A stretch of 64,000 bases of DNA, taken from Escherichia phage EC121. The position numbers were made by a program, and so were the translations under genes. A model generated the notes under the pieces. That model ran no database searches. It was not told the origin of the DNA and saw only the letters and a program-made list of their open reading frames with translations. Below are positions 38,376 to 48,344 of the stretch, piece after piece. The stretch is from the sequence record NC_054909.1, one strand, 5' to 3'. Position 1 is the stretch's first letter, and every line of letters begins with the position of its first letter.

Positions 38376-39941
38376 ATGACTATCAAAACTAAAGCTGAAC
38401 TTTTGAACAAATGGAAGCCATTACTGGAAGGTGAAGGTTTACCGGAAATTGCTAATAGCAAACAAGCGATTATCGCTAAAATCTTTGAAAACCAGGAAAA
38501 AGATTTCCAGACAGCTCCAGAGTACAAAGACGAAAAAATCGCTCAGGCGTTCGGTTCTTTCTTAACAGAAGCTGAAATCGGTGGTGACCACGGTTACAAC
38601 GCTACTAACATCGCTGCTGGTCAGACTTCTGGCGCAGTAACTCAGATTGGCCCAGCTGTTATGGGTATGGTACGTCGTGCTATTCCTAACCTGATTGCTT
38701 TCGATATTTGTGGTGTTCAGCCGATGAACAGCCCGACTGGCCAGGTATTCGCACTGCGTGCAGTATATGGTAAAGACCCAATCGCTGCCGGTGCTAAAGA
38801 AGCATTCCACCCAATGTATGGTCCAGATGCAATGTTCTCTGGTCAGGGTGCTGCTAAGAAATTCCCAGCTCTGGCTGCTAGCACACAAACCACAGTAGGT
38901 GATATCTATACTCACTTCTTCCAGGACACTGGTACTGTGTATCTGCAGGCTTCTGCTCAAGTAACAATTAGTTCTACTGCAGATGATGCAGCTAAATTAG
39001 ATGCTGAAATTAAGAAACAAATGGAAGCTGGCGTACTGGTAGAAATTGCTGAAGGTATGGCTACTTCTATCGCTGAACTCCAGGAAGGTTTCAACGGTTC
39101 TACCGATAACCCATGGAATGAAATGGGCTTCCGTATCGATAAACAAGTTATCGAAGCTAAATCTCGCCAGCTGAAAGCTGCTTACTCTATCGAATTAGCA
39201 CAAGACCTCCGCGCTGTTCACGGTATGGATGCTGATGCTGAACTGTCTGGTATTCTGGCTACCGAAATCATGTTGGAAATCAACCGTGAAGTTGTTGATT
39301 GGATTAACTACTCAGCTCAGGTTGGTAAATCTGGTATGACCCTGACTCCTGGTTCTAAAGCTGGTGTATTTGACTTCCAGGATCCGATTGATATTCGTGG
39401 TGCTCGCTGGGCGGGTGAATCCTTTAAAGCTCTGTTGTTCCAGATTGACAAAGAAGCAGTTGAAATTGCTCGTCAGACCGGTCGTGGTGAAGGTAACTTC
39501 ATTATCGCTTCCCGTAACGTAGTTAACGTTCTGGCTTCAGTTGATACTGGCATTTCTTATGCTGCACAGGGTCTGGCTACCGGCTTTAACACTGATACTA
39601 CCAAGTCAGTATTTGCTGGTGTTCTGGGTGGTAAATACCGTGTATATATCGACCAGTATGCTAAACAGGATTATTTCACTGTAGGTTATAAAGGTCCGAA
39701 CGAAATGGATGCTGGTATTTACTATGCTCCATATGTAGCTCTGACTCCGCTGCGTGGTTCCGATCCGAAGAACTTCCAACCAGTAATGGGATTCAAAACT
39801 CGTTACGGTATCGGTATCAACCCATTTGCAGAATCCGCTGCTCAGGCTCCGGCTTCTCGCATCCAGAGCGGTATGCCTTCTATTCTGAATAGCCTTGGTA
39901 AAAACGCTTACTTCCGCCGTGTATATGTTAAAGGTATCTAA
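38376..39941 (+). CDS. 23: gp23, major capsid protein
   Basis: 521 aa, MTIKTKAELLNKWKPLLEGEG...; strongly E. coli-like codon usage (ctg/cgt/ggt rich) unlike flanking genes. Confidence 0.98.
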   Translation: MTIKTKAELLNKWKPLLEGEGLPEIANSKQAIIAKIFENQEKDFQTAPEYKDEKIAQAFGSFLTEAEIGGDHGYNATNIAAGQTSGAVTQIGPAVMGMVRRAIPNLIAFDICGVQPMNSPTGQVFALRAVYGKDPIAAGAKEAFHPMYGPDAMFSGQGAAKKFPALAASTQTTVGDIYTHFFQDTGTVYLQASAQVTISSTADDAAKLDAEIKKQMEAGVLVEIAEGMATSIAELQEGFNGSTDNPWNEMGFRIDKQVIEAKSRQLKAAYSIELAQDLRAVHGMDADAELSGILATEIMLEINREVVDWINYSAQVGKSGMTLTPGSKAGVFDFQDPIDIRGARWAGESFKALLFQIDKEAVEIARQTGRGEGNFIIASRNVVNVLASVDTGISYAAQGLATGFNTDTTKSVFAGVLGGKYRVYIDQYAKQDYFTVGYKGPNEMDAGIYYAPYVALTPLRGSDPKNFQPVMGFKTRYGIGINPFAESAAQAPASRIQSGMPSILNSLGKNAYFRRVYVKGI

Positions 39942-39957
39942 TCTTTGACGATTTAAG

Positions 39958-39976
39958 GGACCTTCGGGTCCCTTTA
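39958..39976 (+). terminator. Terminator hairpin after gene 23
   Basis: GGGACC-TTCG-GGTCCC followed by TTTAGTTGTTTTT. Confidence 0.6.
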
Positions 39977-39989
39977 GTTGTTTTTATGG

Positions 39990-39997
39990 TATAAATA
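39990..39997 (+). promoter_or_regulatory. T4 late promoter TATAAATA for gene 24
   Basis: Exact octamer 28 nt upstream of the gene 24 ATG. Confidence 0.55.
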
Positions 39998-40024
39998 AAT
40001 CATATAAACCAAAAGGAAAGCGCA

Positions 40025-41308
40025 ATGGCTAAAATCAACGAACTTCTGCGCGAATCAACCACAACGAATAGCAACTCAATCGGTCGCCCAAATCTCGTTG
40101 CTTTGACTCGCGCTACCACTAAATTAATATATTCTGACATTGTAGCAACGCAAAGAACTAATCAACCTGTTGCTGCTTTTTATGGTATCAAATACCTTAA
40201 CCCAGACAACGAATTTACATTTAAAACTGGTGCTACTTACGCTGGCGAAGCTGGATATGTAGACCGAGAACAAATCACAGAATTAACAGAAGAGTCTAAA
40301 TTAACTCTCAATAAAGGCGATTTATTCAAATATAATAATATCGTTTATAAAGTATTAGAAGATACTCCATTCGCTGATATTGAAGAAAGCGACTTAGAGT
40401 TAGCTCTTCAGATTGCAATTGTTCTTTTAAAGGTTCGTCTATTTTCTGACGCAGCGTCAACAAGCAAATTTGAAAGCTCTGATAGTGAAATTGCGGATGC
40501 TAGATTTCAGATTAATAAATGGCAAACCGCGGTTAAATCTCGTAAACTTAAAACTGGCATCACAGTTGAATTAGCGCAAGATTTAGAAGCAAATGGATTC
40601 GATGCTCCTAATTTCTTGGAAGATTTGCTTGCAACTGAAATGGCAGATGAAATCAATAAAGATATTCTGCAGTCTTTGATTACAGTGTCAAAACGCTATA
40701 AAGTTACAGGAATTACTGATAGTGGATTCATCGATTTGAGTTATGCATCTGCACCTGAAGCGGGTCGTTCATTATATCGAATGGTATGTGAAATGGTTTC
40801 GCATATCCAAAAAGAATCAACTTATACAGCAACGTTCTGTGTTGCTTCAGCTCGTGCCGCTGCGATTCTTGCTGCATCAGGTTGGTTAAAACATAAACCA
40901 GAAGATGATAAATATCTTTCACAAAATGCCTACGGGTTCTTAGCTAATGGTTTACCGCTTTATTGCGATACTAACAGCCCATTAGATTATGTAATCGTTG
41001 GTGTAGTAGAAAATATCGGTGAAAAAGAAATTGTTGGGTCAATTTTCTATGCTCCGTATACAGAAGGTCTTGACTTAGATGACCCTGAACATGTAGGTGC
41101 ATTTAAAGTTGTAGTTGATCCAGAAAGTTTGCAGCCATCTATCGGTTTATTAGTTAGATATGCTTTATCTGCAAATCCTTACACTGTAGCAAAAGATGAA
41201 AAAGAAGCAAGAGTAATTGACGGTGGAGACATGGATAAAATGGCGGGTCGTTCAGATTTGTCTGTTTTATTAGGTGTTAAGCTACCAAAAATTATCATTG
41301 ATGAATAA
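40025..41308 (+). CDS. 24: gp24, capsid vertex protein
   Basis: 427 aa, paralogue-like of gp23, synteny. Confidence 0.95.
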   Translation: MAKINELLRESTTTNSNSIGRPNLVALTRATTKLIYSDIVATQRTNQPVAAFYGIKYLNPDNEFTFKTGATYAGEAGYVDREQITELTEESKLTLNKGDLFKYNNIVYKVLEDTPFADIEESDLELALQIAIVLLKVRLFSDAASTSKFESSDSEIADARFQINKWQTAVKSRKLKTGITVELAQDLEANGFDAPNFLEDLLATEMADEINKDILQSLITVSKRYKVTGITDSGFIDLSYASAPEAGRSLYRMVCEMVSHIQKESTYTATFCVASARAAAILAASGWLKHKPEDDKYLSQNAYGFLANGLPLYCDTNSPLDYVIVGVVENIGEKEIVGSIFYAPYTEGLDLDDPEHVGAFKVVVDPESLQPSIGLLVRYALSANPYTVAKDEKEARVIDGGDMDKMAGRSDLSVLLGVKLPKIIIDE

Positions 41309-41314
41309 AACAAA

Positions 41315-41335
41315 GGGACCGAAAGGTCCCTTTTT
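41315..41335. terminator. Bidirectional terminator between gene 24 and rnlB
   Basis: GGGACC-GAAA-GGTCCC with T-runs on both sides. Confidence 0.65.
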
Positions 41336-41337
41336 AT

Positions 41338-42345
41338 TTAACTTACCAATTCAATCCAAGCCGGACGAAGTACATCTTGTACCATTTTAACTAATTCCTT
41401 CTTAATCAAAGAAGGATTATCCGCTTGAGTTAGAGTAATACCTTCACGAGAAGTTTCTTCCAAAATATCTTGAACCGTTAGTCCCATCACCTTTCCAAAA
41501 TCCTTTGGACCAATTTCGCCAATTTTAGAAATAACGTTATTTACGCGGTTTAGTGTAACGTAACAAGCTAAAATTCCAACCAATTTGTTATCAGCTTCTG
41601 ATAGTTCAACTTTAGCTTTAATAGGCTTATCAGACTTTTTCTTTTCACTAAATTTAGAGTTCTTGCATTTAATCGCTACACGAGCACCGTTTGGCAGCCA
41701 TTTAGGGAAACAAGGCTTCAGAACATAACCTTCTGCAGTATTATCACCAATAACATTAGCATCAAATACACAATTATTTGCTTCGACAAGGTCTTCCGAT
41801 GCCGTAACGTTATAAGCGGCTAAGACGGAATCAAGGTCGTTTGGAATCATGATAAGAGCATCAAATGTTCCACGTCCAAGCATTGGTGCCATTTTAAAAC
41901 CAAACGTATTACAGAAATCTTGCATTTCGTAATCACTCATGTAATAAGTATCACCGCTTTCCGTGTTTATGATGATATCGAATACATAGAAATCTTTTTC
42001 ACCGTAGTCAACACCTTTCTGAATTCCACCACCAGCGAATTCACCAAAGACTTGATATGTCACCGGCACTGAAGTTGAAATACTGTCCATGACTTCTTGA
42101 ACGCCTTTAATAGCTTTATCATACTTTTTGAGTACTATTTCATAGCCATAAAAATCTTCTGCTGGAAGAATAGGACCAGTACGTTTAGCGCAAGTTACTT
42201 TATCACGCTCAATAATCAATGAGAAATTTGTACCATGAATCTTTTCACGAGCTACCCACTCCCCACCAGTCAATCCCAAGCTATAAAGTTTTTCAATGAA
42301 TTTAGAATTGTAATGATTTTCAAGACTGCTATACTTTTTAAACAT
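41338..42345 (-). CDS. rnlB: RNA ligase 2
   Basis: 335 aa, nucleotidyltransferase motif I KIHGTN; position as T4 rnlB (24.1). Confidence 0.9.
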   Translation of the reverse strand: MFKKYSSLENHYNSKFIEKLYSLGLTGGEWVAREKIHGTNFSLIIERDKVTCAKRTGPILPAEDFYGYEIVLKKYDKAIKGVQEVMDSISTSVPVTYQVFGEFAGGGIQKGVDYGEKDFYVFDIIINTESGDTYYMSDYEMQDFCNTFGFKMAPMLGRGTFDALIMIPNDLDSVLAAYNVTASEDLVEANNCVFDANVIGDNTAEGYVLKPCFPKWLPNGARVAIKCKNSKFSEKKKSDKPIKAKVELSEADNKLVGILACYVTLNRVNNVISKIGEIGPKDFGKVMGLTVQDILEETSREGITLTQADNPSLIKKELVKMVQDVLRPAWIELVS

Positions 42346-42354
42346 AATTAATCC

Positions 42355-42633
42355 TCAAAATGTAATTTCTAACCAATCACCATCACGCTGATCACTATTG
42401 ACTTTAAAGCTAAATCCTTCTTTTCTCAGCCAATCACCAATTTCTTCAGTAATCAATTTATCGCGAGCAGTACAATAATAACTAAAATATGTTTTACCTT
42501 GTTCAGCTGCTTTATTAGCAAGTTCCGAAAAATCTTTAATAAAACACTCTAACTTAAACTGTTTACTTTTAAGTGCTTTTTCACGTAATTGATTAGCAAA
42601 AGATTCATTTTCATAAAGATCATACTGTTCCAT
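42355..42633 (-). CDS. Hypothetical protein (T4 24.2 position)
   Basis: 92-aa ORF. Confidence 0.6.
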   Translation of the reverse strand: MEQYDLYENESFANQLREKALKSKQFKLECFIKDFSELANKAAEQGKTYFSYYCTARDKLITEEIGDWLRKEGFSFKVNSDQRDGDWLEITF

Positions 42634-42835
42634 TTTTCACCTTTTTATTAATATGCCTTTTTCTATAGACAACTTTTTCTCGAGTTTCAAATTTATTCTT
42701 AGCAGTCATAGCTCGAGCCCATAATACAGCCACTTCCTTTGCCTGTAAGTTCAATTCACGAGCAATTTCAATGAATGACTTTCCAGACTCATGAAGAGTA
42801 AACACCACAACCTCAGTTCTCATAATCAATCTCAT
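42620..42835 (-). CDS. Hypothetical protein (T4 24.3 position)
   Basis: 71-aa ORF overlapping the upstream end of the previous one. Confidence 0.55.
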   Translation of the reverse strand: MRLIMRTEVVVFTLHESGKSFIEIARELNLQAKEVAVLWARAMTAKNKFETREKVVYRKRHINKKVKNGTV

Positions 42836-42924
42836 GTTATCGAGTTGGTGCCATTATATACATCATTTTCTGAGTGTGTTTTGTGTGCTTTCAAAATGAA
42901 GAAAGGGGCCGAAGCCCCTTATGA

Positions 42925-44055
42925 TTATGGATAGGTATAGATGATACCAGTTTCTAAAGCAGTTTTATGAATGATGTATCCATTACGTGATTCTTGAACA
43001 TCAACTTCTGGATAGTCTTTCATCATCTTCTGAAGGGTGTAACGATGCAGGTAGTATTTACTATCTGGATCTTCAGTTTTCCAATCTTTACCTTCTTCGG
43101 TCATTTTTTGGATTTCATCCATAACCCACCAACCGCACCAGATATAAGCCGAAGTACGATGTGGAAGAGGATGAACATAAGGCAATTCACCTTCTGGTTC
43201 TGGAGCAACTTTATCAGTTACCTGAACTTGACCTTCTGCTGTGATAGTTTTGCTATCATAATCAGTAGCAGTAACAGTTGCAGTAACTTCAATAGTTTGA
43301 CTTCCAATAGATGATGTATCAACGGTGTATACATTAGTTGACCCTTCTACTGGAGAAGAATCTTTCTTCCATGAATATTCGATTTGCGCTTCTTCTGGAG
43401 CATCAGTGACATTAGCAGTAAATGTAGCCGAAGCATCTTGCTGAACGTTAATAGAAGGAGGAGTCAATGTAACCTGTGGATTCATTGTTTTCTTATTAAC
43501 AGTCAATGATACTTCATTAGAAGTAACTGTTTTTGCGTCATAATCTGTTGCTGTTACTTGCGCTACGCATTTAATTCTTTTTACTCCACTTGTAGTTGGA
43601 GTATAGCTAAATGTAGCAGAAGTCGCTTCACCAATTTGAGAATCATCTACATACCATTGATATGTAGCAGACGCTCCATCGGGTTGAGAAGCTAAGGCAG
43701 CAGTAAATTGAACTGGGGTTCCAATTACTCCAGCAGCGGGACTATTGGGAGTTACTGCCAATGTAGTTGTCTGAGTTTTGTTTTTGACTGTGATAGTTGT
43801 AGTAGCTTCTGCTATTTCAGCTTCAGATTCTGGAACTGTATTTGTTGCAACAACTTTAATAGTCTTTTGACCAGCAGGACCTTTTAATACATAATCAAAA
43901 GTTGCCGCTGATCCTTCTTGCGGAGCATTATCTACACTCCAAGCATAGGTAATAGTTCCACCTCCAGTTTCACCACTGGGTGCAGCAGTAAACTGCTTAG
44001 TTTCATCAATAACTCCAGTAGGTGTTTTAGGAGTTATATCAACTGTAAAAGCCAT
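42925..44055 (-). CDS. hoc: Hoc, highly immunogenic outer capsid protein
   Basis: 376 aa, repetitive Ig-like domains, C-terminal capsid-binding region. Confidence 0.9.
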   Translation of the reverse strand: MAFTVDITPKTPTGVIDETKQFTAAPSGETGGGTITYAWSVDNAPQEGSAATFDYVLKGPAGQKTIKVVATNTVPESEAEIAEATTTITVKNKTQTTTLAVTPNSPAAGVIGTPVQFTAALASQPDGASATYQWYVDDSQIGEATSATFSYTPTTSGVKRIKCVAQVTATDYDAKTVTSNEVSLTVNKKTMNPQVTLTPPSINVQQDASATFTANVTDAPEEAQIEYSWKKDSSPVEGSTNVYTVDTSSIGSQTIEVTATVTATDYDSKTITAEGQVQVTDKVAPEPEGELPYVHPLPHRTSAYIWCGWWVMDEIQKMTEEGKDWKTEDPDSKYYLHRYTLQKMMKDYPEVDVQESRNGYIIHKTALETGIIYTYP

Positions 44056-44064
44056 AAGTTATCC

Positions 44065-44745
44065 TTATTTTAATGTTACGAAAGAAGAATTGCGTGTTTC
44101 ACGAATTAGAACTGATCCGTCGCGATTAATGTAATAAATTAAGCTAAATAAAGTTTGGTGCGCCGACGCGTGTTCAAAACTAGTTGGGTGAGATTTCCAA
44201 TCCGGAGTTTCAGCAATCCACTGGTAAATCCACCAAGGAACGGTACAGAATCCTGGATTTTTTCCAATCAGTTGAAGATTCGGACTAAAGTTTTCCGGAA
44301 GAGTAAATACAGACGGCTTTTCAGATTCAATAATCTTATCTACAGCTTGTTCAAACTTTTCTTCAACAAAAGGAGTATCTTCAATCAAAACATCGGTATT
44401 TTCAGGAATTTTATCCGTTTCTACTACTTCAATTTTAATGTCAGATTTAACCGGAGAATCAATCAGAAGTGCTGCCTCTGGATTGACTTCTTCATCGTCA
44501 TATTTTAATCCGTCTGCAGCATCAGCAGCATCAATTAAGTCTTTAATAGATAACCCATCAGTCTCTGGCATAGGTTCACTAGCGAGCTTCTGGAGGGCTT
44601 CTTCAATATCATTAACGATATTATCAAAAGATTTATTCTTTTTGACTTTTATACCAAACTGTTCAGCATATTCAGCTAATTTAGCTTTAGCTTCTTTATT
44701 ATCATCAAGAGCCTTCAGCTCTGCAATATAATCTTTATCTATCAT
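44065..44745 (-). CDS. inh: Inh, inhibitor of prohead protease
   Basis: 226 aa, synteny hoc-inh. Confidence 0.8.
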   Translation of the reverse strand: MIDKDYIAELKALDDNKEAKAKLAEYAEQFGIKVKKNKSFDNIVNDIEEALQKLASEPMPETDGLSIKDLIDAADAADGLKYDDEEVNPEAALLIDSPVKSDIKIEVVETDKIPENTDVLIEDTPFVEEKFEQAVDKIIESEKPSVFTLPENFSPNLQLIGKNPGFCTVPWWIYQWIAETPDWKSHPTSFEHASAHQTLFSLIYYINRDGSVLIRETRNSSFVTLK

Positions 44746-44794
44746 AATATTTCCTCAGTATAAATATAGATATATTTATTACTCGGAAAATAGT

Positions 44795-45412
44795 ATGTAC
44801 CACTTTGTATATGAAACAACAAATCTAATAAATGGTAAAAAGTATATAGGAAAACACTCTACTGATGACTTGAATGATGGTTACCTTGGTTCCGGTAAGG
44901 CAATTCAGCAGGCTATAAAGAAATATGGTGAAAACAATTTCTCTAGAACAATACTAAAAGAGTTTAAAACTTCCGAAGAAGCGTACATGTATGAAGAAGA
45001 AATTATAACTCCTGAACTAATAAAAAGCAAAAATTATTATAATATGAAACCTGGTGGAATTGGTGGAATTGTTATGACTGCAGAGGTTATAGCAAAGATG
45101 AAAGAATCTTCCGCTAAGAGATTTGAAAACTCACCGGGCACGGTATTAGGTACAACTTGTTACACTAATGGAACTAAAAATATTTTTATTAAACCTGGAG
45201 AACTTGTTCCAGAAGGATTTGTAAAAGGGATGGTTCATCTTAATAGAAAGTCCAGAAAAGGATGTAAAGTCAAACCGACTACCACAGGAACTTTTTGGGT
45301 CAATAATGGAGCAATAAATAAATTAATACAACCAGACGGTATTATTCCCGACGGATTTATTAAAGGTCGTCTCATGAAAAGAGACTCTAAAGGCAAATTT
45401 AGTAAGGCATAA
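44795..45412 (+). CDS. GIY-YIG homing endonuclease (Seg-like; T4 segE position)
   Basis: 205 aa, N-terminal YHFVYETTNLINGKKYIGKH (GIY-YIG), C-terminal repeated NxxxIxPxxxxPxGFxKG modules; TATAAATA at 44759..44766. Confidence 0.8.
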   Translation: MYHFVYETTNLINGKKYIGKHSTDDLNDGYLGSGKAIQQAIKKYGENNFSRTILKEFKTSEEAYMYEEEIITPELIKSKNYYNMKPGGIGGIVMTAEVIAKMKESSAKRFENSPGTVLGTTCYTNGTKNIFIKPGELVPEGFVKGMVHLNRKSRKGCKVKPTTTGTFWVNNGAINKLIQPDGIIPDGFIKGRLMKRDSKGKFSKA

Positions 45413-45414
45413 TT

Positions 45415-46923
45415 ATGGATATTAAAGTACATTTTCACGACTTCAGTCATGTACGCATCGATTGTGAAGAGAGCACGTTCCACGAATTAAGAGATTTCTT
45501 TTCGTTTGAGGCCGATGGATATAGGTTTAATCCTCGCTTCAGATATGGCAACTGGGATGGACGAATCCGTCTTTTAGATTATAATCGCCTTCTTCCATTC
45601 GGTTTAGTCGGGCAAATTAAAAAGTTCTGTGATAACTTTGGCTATAAAGCCTGGATTGACCCGCAAATTAACGAAAAAGAAGAATTATCAAGAAAAGATT
45701 TTGATGAATGGCTTTCTAAATTAGAAATCTATTCAGGAAATAAAAGAATTGAACCGCATTGGTATCAAAAAGATGCAGTGTTCGAAGGATTAGTTAATCG
45801 TCGTAGAATTCTTAATCTTCCAACATCCGCAGGTAAATCTTTAATTCAAGCTTTGCTTGCTCGGTATTATTTGGAAAATTATGAAGGTAAAATTCTTATC
45901 ATTGTTCCAACAACTGCTCTGACAACTCAGATGGCTGATGACTTTGTTGACTATCGTTTATTCAGTCATGCAATGATAAAGAAAATCGGCGGTGGAGCAT
46001 CAAAAGATGATAAATATAAAAATGATGCACCAGTCGTTGTTGGTACATGGCAAACTGTAGTAAAACAACCGAAAGAATGGTTCTCACAGTTTGGAATGAT
46101 GATGAATGATGAATGTCATCTTGCTACAGGAAAAAGTATTTCATCTATCATATCAGGTTTAAATAACTGTATGTTTAAATTTGGTTTGTCTGGTTCATTA
46201 CGTGATGGCAAAGCTAATATCATGCAGTATGTTGGAATGTTTGGCGAAATATTTAAGCCAGTAACGACTTCTAAATTAATGGAAGATGGACAAGTAACTG
46301 AGTTAAAAATTAATAGTATTTTTCTTCGCTATCCCGATGAGTTCACTACTAAATTAAAGGGAAAAACTTACCAAGAAGAAATAAAAATTATTACTGGACT
46401 CAGTAAAAGAAATAAATGGATCGCTAAATTAGCTATTAAGCTTGCACAAAAAGATGAAAACGCTTTTGTCATGTTTAAACACGTATCGCACGGTAAAGCT
46501 ATTTTCGATTTAATTAAAAATGAATACGATAAAGTTTATTACGTATCAGGGGAAGTTGATACCGAAACACGCAACGTAATGAAAACCTTAGCTGAAAACG
46601 GTAAAGGAATAATTATAGTAGCTAGTTATGGTGTATTTTCTACTGGTATTTCAGTTAAAAATCTGCATCACGTTGTTTTAGCGCACGGTGTTAAATCAAA
46701 AATCATTGTATTACAAACAATCGGTCGTGTATTACGTAAGCACGGTTCTAAGACAATAGCAACGGTCTGGGACCTCATAGATGACGCGGGCGTAGTTTCT
46801 AAATCAAAAACATCTTCTAAAAAATACTCGCATTTAAACTATCTTTTAAAACATGGACTTGATCGTATTCAGCGTTATGCTGATGAGAAGTTTAATTATG
46901 TGATGAAAGAGGTTAAACTTTGA
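45415..46923 (+). CDS. uvsW: UvsW, DNA/RNA helicase
   Basis: 502 aa, Walker A LPTSAGKS, DECH box. Confidence 0.95.
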   Translation: MDIKVHFHDFSHVRIDCEESTFHELRDFFSFEADGYRFNPRFRYGNWDGRIRLLDYNRLLPFGLVGQIKKFCDNFGYKAWIDPQINEKEELSRKDFDEWLSKLEIYSGNKRIEPHWYQKDAVFEGLVNRRRILNLPTSAGKSLIQALLARYYLENYEGKILIIVPTTALTTQMADDFVDYRLFSHAMIKKIGGGASKDDKYKNDAPVVVGTWQTVVKQPKEWFSQFGMMMNDECHLATGKSISSIISGLNNCMFKFGLSGSLRDGKANIMQYVGMFGEIFKPVTTSKLMEDGQVTELKINSIFLRYPDEFTTKLKGKTYQEEIKIITGLSKRNKWIAKLAIKLAQKDENAFVMFKHVSHGKAIFDLIKNEYDKVYYVSGEVDTETRNVMKTLAENGKGIIIVASYGVFSTGISVKNLHHVVLAHGVKSKIIVLQTIGRVLRKHGSKTIATVWDLIDDAGVVSKSKTSSKKYSHLNYLLKHGLDRIQRYADEKFNYVMKEVKL

Positions 46924-47612
46924 ATTATAAATTAATATACGATAATTTAATTAATAGAGCCCAGAATCGGGCTCGCCTTAATGGATACACTGAAACTCAT
47001 CATATAATTCCTAGATGTATGGGCGGTACAGATGATAAGTGTAATTTGGTAGAACTAACAGCTGAAGAGCATTTTATAGCTCATAAACTTTTAGCTAAAA
47101 TTCATCCAAACCATTACGGTATAATTAAAGCCGTTATATGTATGGGGATGAATTCAAAGACTCATGAAAGACACGTTAATAAATCTTACGCCTGGGAACG
47201 TCGTAAAATGGCAGAACTTCAATCAGGTGAAGGTAATCCATTTTACGGAAAACACCATACGGAAGAACATAAACAATATATGTCAAAACTCATGAAAAAT
47301 CGTCCAATTACATGGGGAAGTAAAATTAGTAAAACTAAAAGAATGAACCCAACAAAATGGACTGAAGAAGCTAAAAGATTGCATTCTATCAATCAATCAG
47401 GTAAAAATAATGGCATGTATGGAAGGAAACATTCCGCTAAATCTATTCAGAAAATTAAAGATAATATGCCAGATAATTCAGGAGCTAATAACCCAGCTGC
47501 TAAACCTATAGAAGTAAATGGTGTTAAGTATAAATGTATGAAAGATGCTTCTAAAGCTACTGGATTATCAATGTACAAACTAAGAATACTTAGAAAAACA
47601 GTTAATTTATAA
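46920..47612 (+). CDS. HNH homing endonuclease with NUMOD-like DNA-binding repeats (free-standing mobile ORF)
   Basis: HNH core HHIIPRCMGGTDDKCNLVELTAEEHFIAH; repeats GEGNPFYGKHHTEEHK, GKNNGMYGRKHSAKS; no in-frame ATG before residue 33, so the start is probably the TTG at 46920 overlapping the uvsW stop (SD GAGG 6 nt upstream). Confidence 0.75.
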   Translation: MNYKLIYDNLINRAQNRARLNGYTETHHIIPRCMGGTDDKCNLVELTAEEHFIAHKLLAKIHPNHYGIIKAVICMGMNSKTHERHVNKSYAWERRKMAELQSGEGNPFYGKHHTEEHKQYMSKLMKNRPITWGSKISKTKRMNPTKWTEEAKRLHSINQSGKNNGMYGRKHSAKSIQKIKDNMPDNSGANNPAAKPIEVNGVKYKCMKDASKATGLSMYKLRILRKTVNL

Positions 47613-47625
47613 GGGCTTCGGCCCT
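47612..47625 (+). terminator. Hairpin AGGGC-TTCG-GCCCT after the HNH ORF
   Basis: Perfect stem directly after the stop codon, followed by TTTGG. Confidence 0.4.
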
Positions 47626-47637
47626 TTGGAGAAAAAG

Positions 47638-47868
47638 ATGTTACTAGAATTTAAACAATTTCTTTATGAAGCTTCTATTGATGAATTTATGGGTAAAATT
47701 GCCTCTTGTCAAACATTAGAAGGTTTAGAAGAACTTGAAGCTTATTATAAGAAAAGAGTCAAAGAAACTGAATTAAAAGATACTGATGACATCTCCGTGA
47801 GAGATGCTTTGGCAGGAAAAAGAGCTGAATTAGAAGATTCAGACGATGAAGTAGAAGAAAGCTTTTAA
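47638..47868 (+). CDS. uvsW.1: UvsW.1
   Basis: Track ORF starts at TTG 47626; ATG at 47638 (MLLEFKQF...) has SD GGAGAAA and gives 76 aa, the T4 uvsW.1 size. Confidence 0.75.
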   Translation: MLLEFKQFLYEASIDEFMGKIASCQTLEGLEELEAYYKKRVKETELKDTDDISVRDALAGKRAELEDSDDEVEESF

Positions 47869-47923
47869 ATTAAAAAAGGCCCAACCAAAAAGGAAGGGCC
47901 AAAACTATAGACTAAAGGTCACA

Positions 47924-48091
47924 CTATAGCAAAAGTTGTGTTTCATTTAATTGTTCTTCCGAACTTTCTGAAACTGGTAGTTCTTTAATGTAATTATAGC
48001 AAGGCCCAGGATGTACAGGACCTTTGTCTGTTTCAACAACCAATGCAGAATCGATTGGAGTTTTACAGACAACACAAATCTTATCTGACAT
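47924..48091 (-). CDS. Small zinc-ribbon-like protein (T4 uvsY.-2 position)
   Basis: Hand translation MSDKICVVCKTPIDSALVVETDKGPVHPGPCYNYIKELPVSESSEEQLNETQLLL (55 aa), SD GGAG; below the ORF-track length cutoff. Confidence 0.5.
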   Translation of the reverse strand: MSDKICVVCKTPIDSALVVETDKGPVHPGPCYNYIKELPVSESSEEQLNETQLLL

Positions 48092-48119
48092 GATTGTCTC
48101 CTCTGAATTATATATCTAT

Positions 48120-48344
48120 TTATACAACTCTCATATGCATATCAATGCCCATATCTTTAGAATAAAAATATTCATCAAGATATCCGGCAAATTTTCCTTT
48201 AATATAAAGGACATCTTCACTGCACGGGTGGTCGGCCAGGATACGAATATCCTGACGCTTAAGATTATACTTTTTCATTAAGAATTGAATTTCCGTTTCA
48301 AATTCTTCTTCATAATTAAAAGCATCATCAATGTTATATCTCAT
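48120..48344 (-). CDS. Hypothetical protein (T4 uvsY.-1 position)
   Basis: 74-aa ORF whose start overlaps the uvsY stop. Confidence 0.65.
   Translation of the reverse strand: MRYNIDDAFNYEEEFETEIQFLMKKYNLKRQDIRILADHPCSEDVLYIKGKFAGYLDEYFYSKDMGIDMHMRVV

Noticed and set aside
48024-48281. 85-aa plus-strand track ORF in the uvsW.1-uvsY interval
   Set aside because: AT-rich low-complexity translation with no SD; the same DNA encodes the minus-strand uvsY.-1 and the hand-found 55-aa zinc-ribbon ORF (47924..48091), which fit the operon orientation
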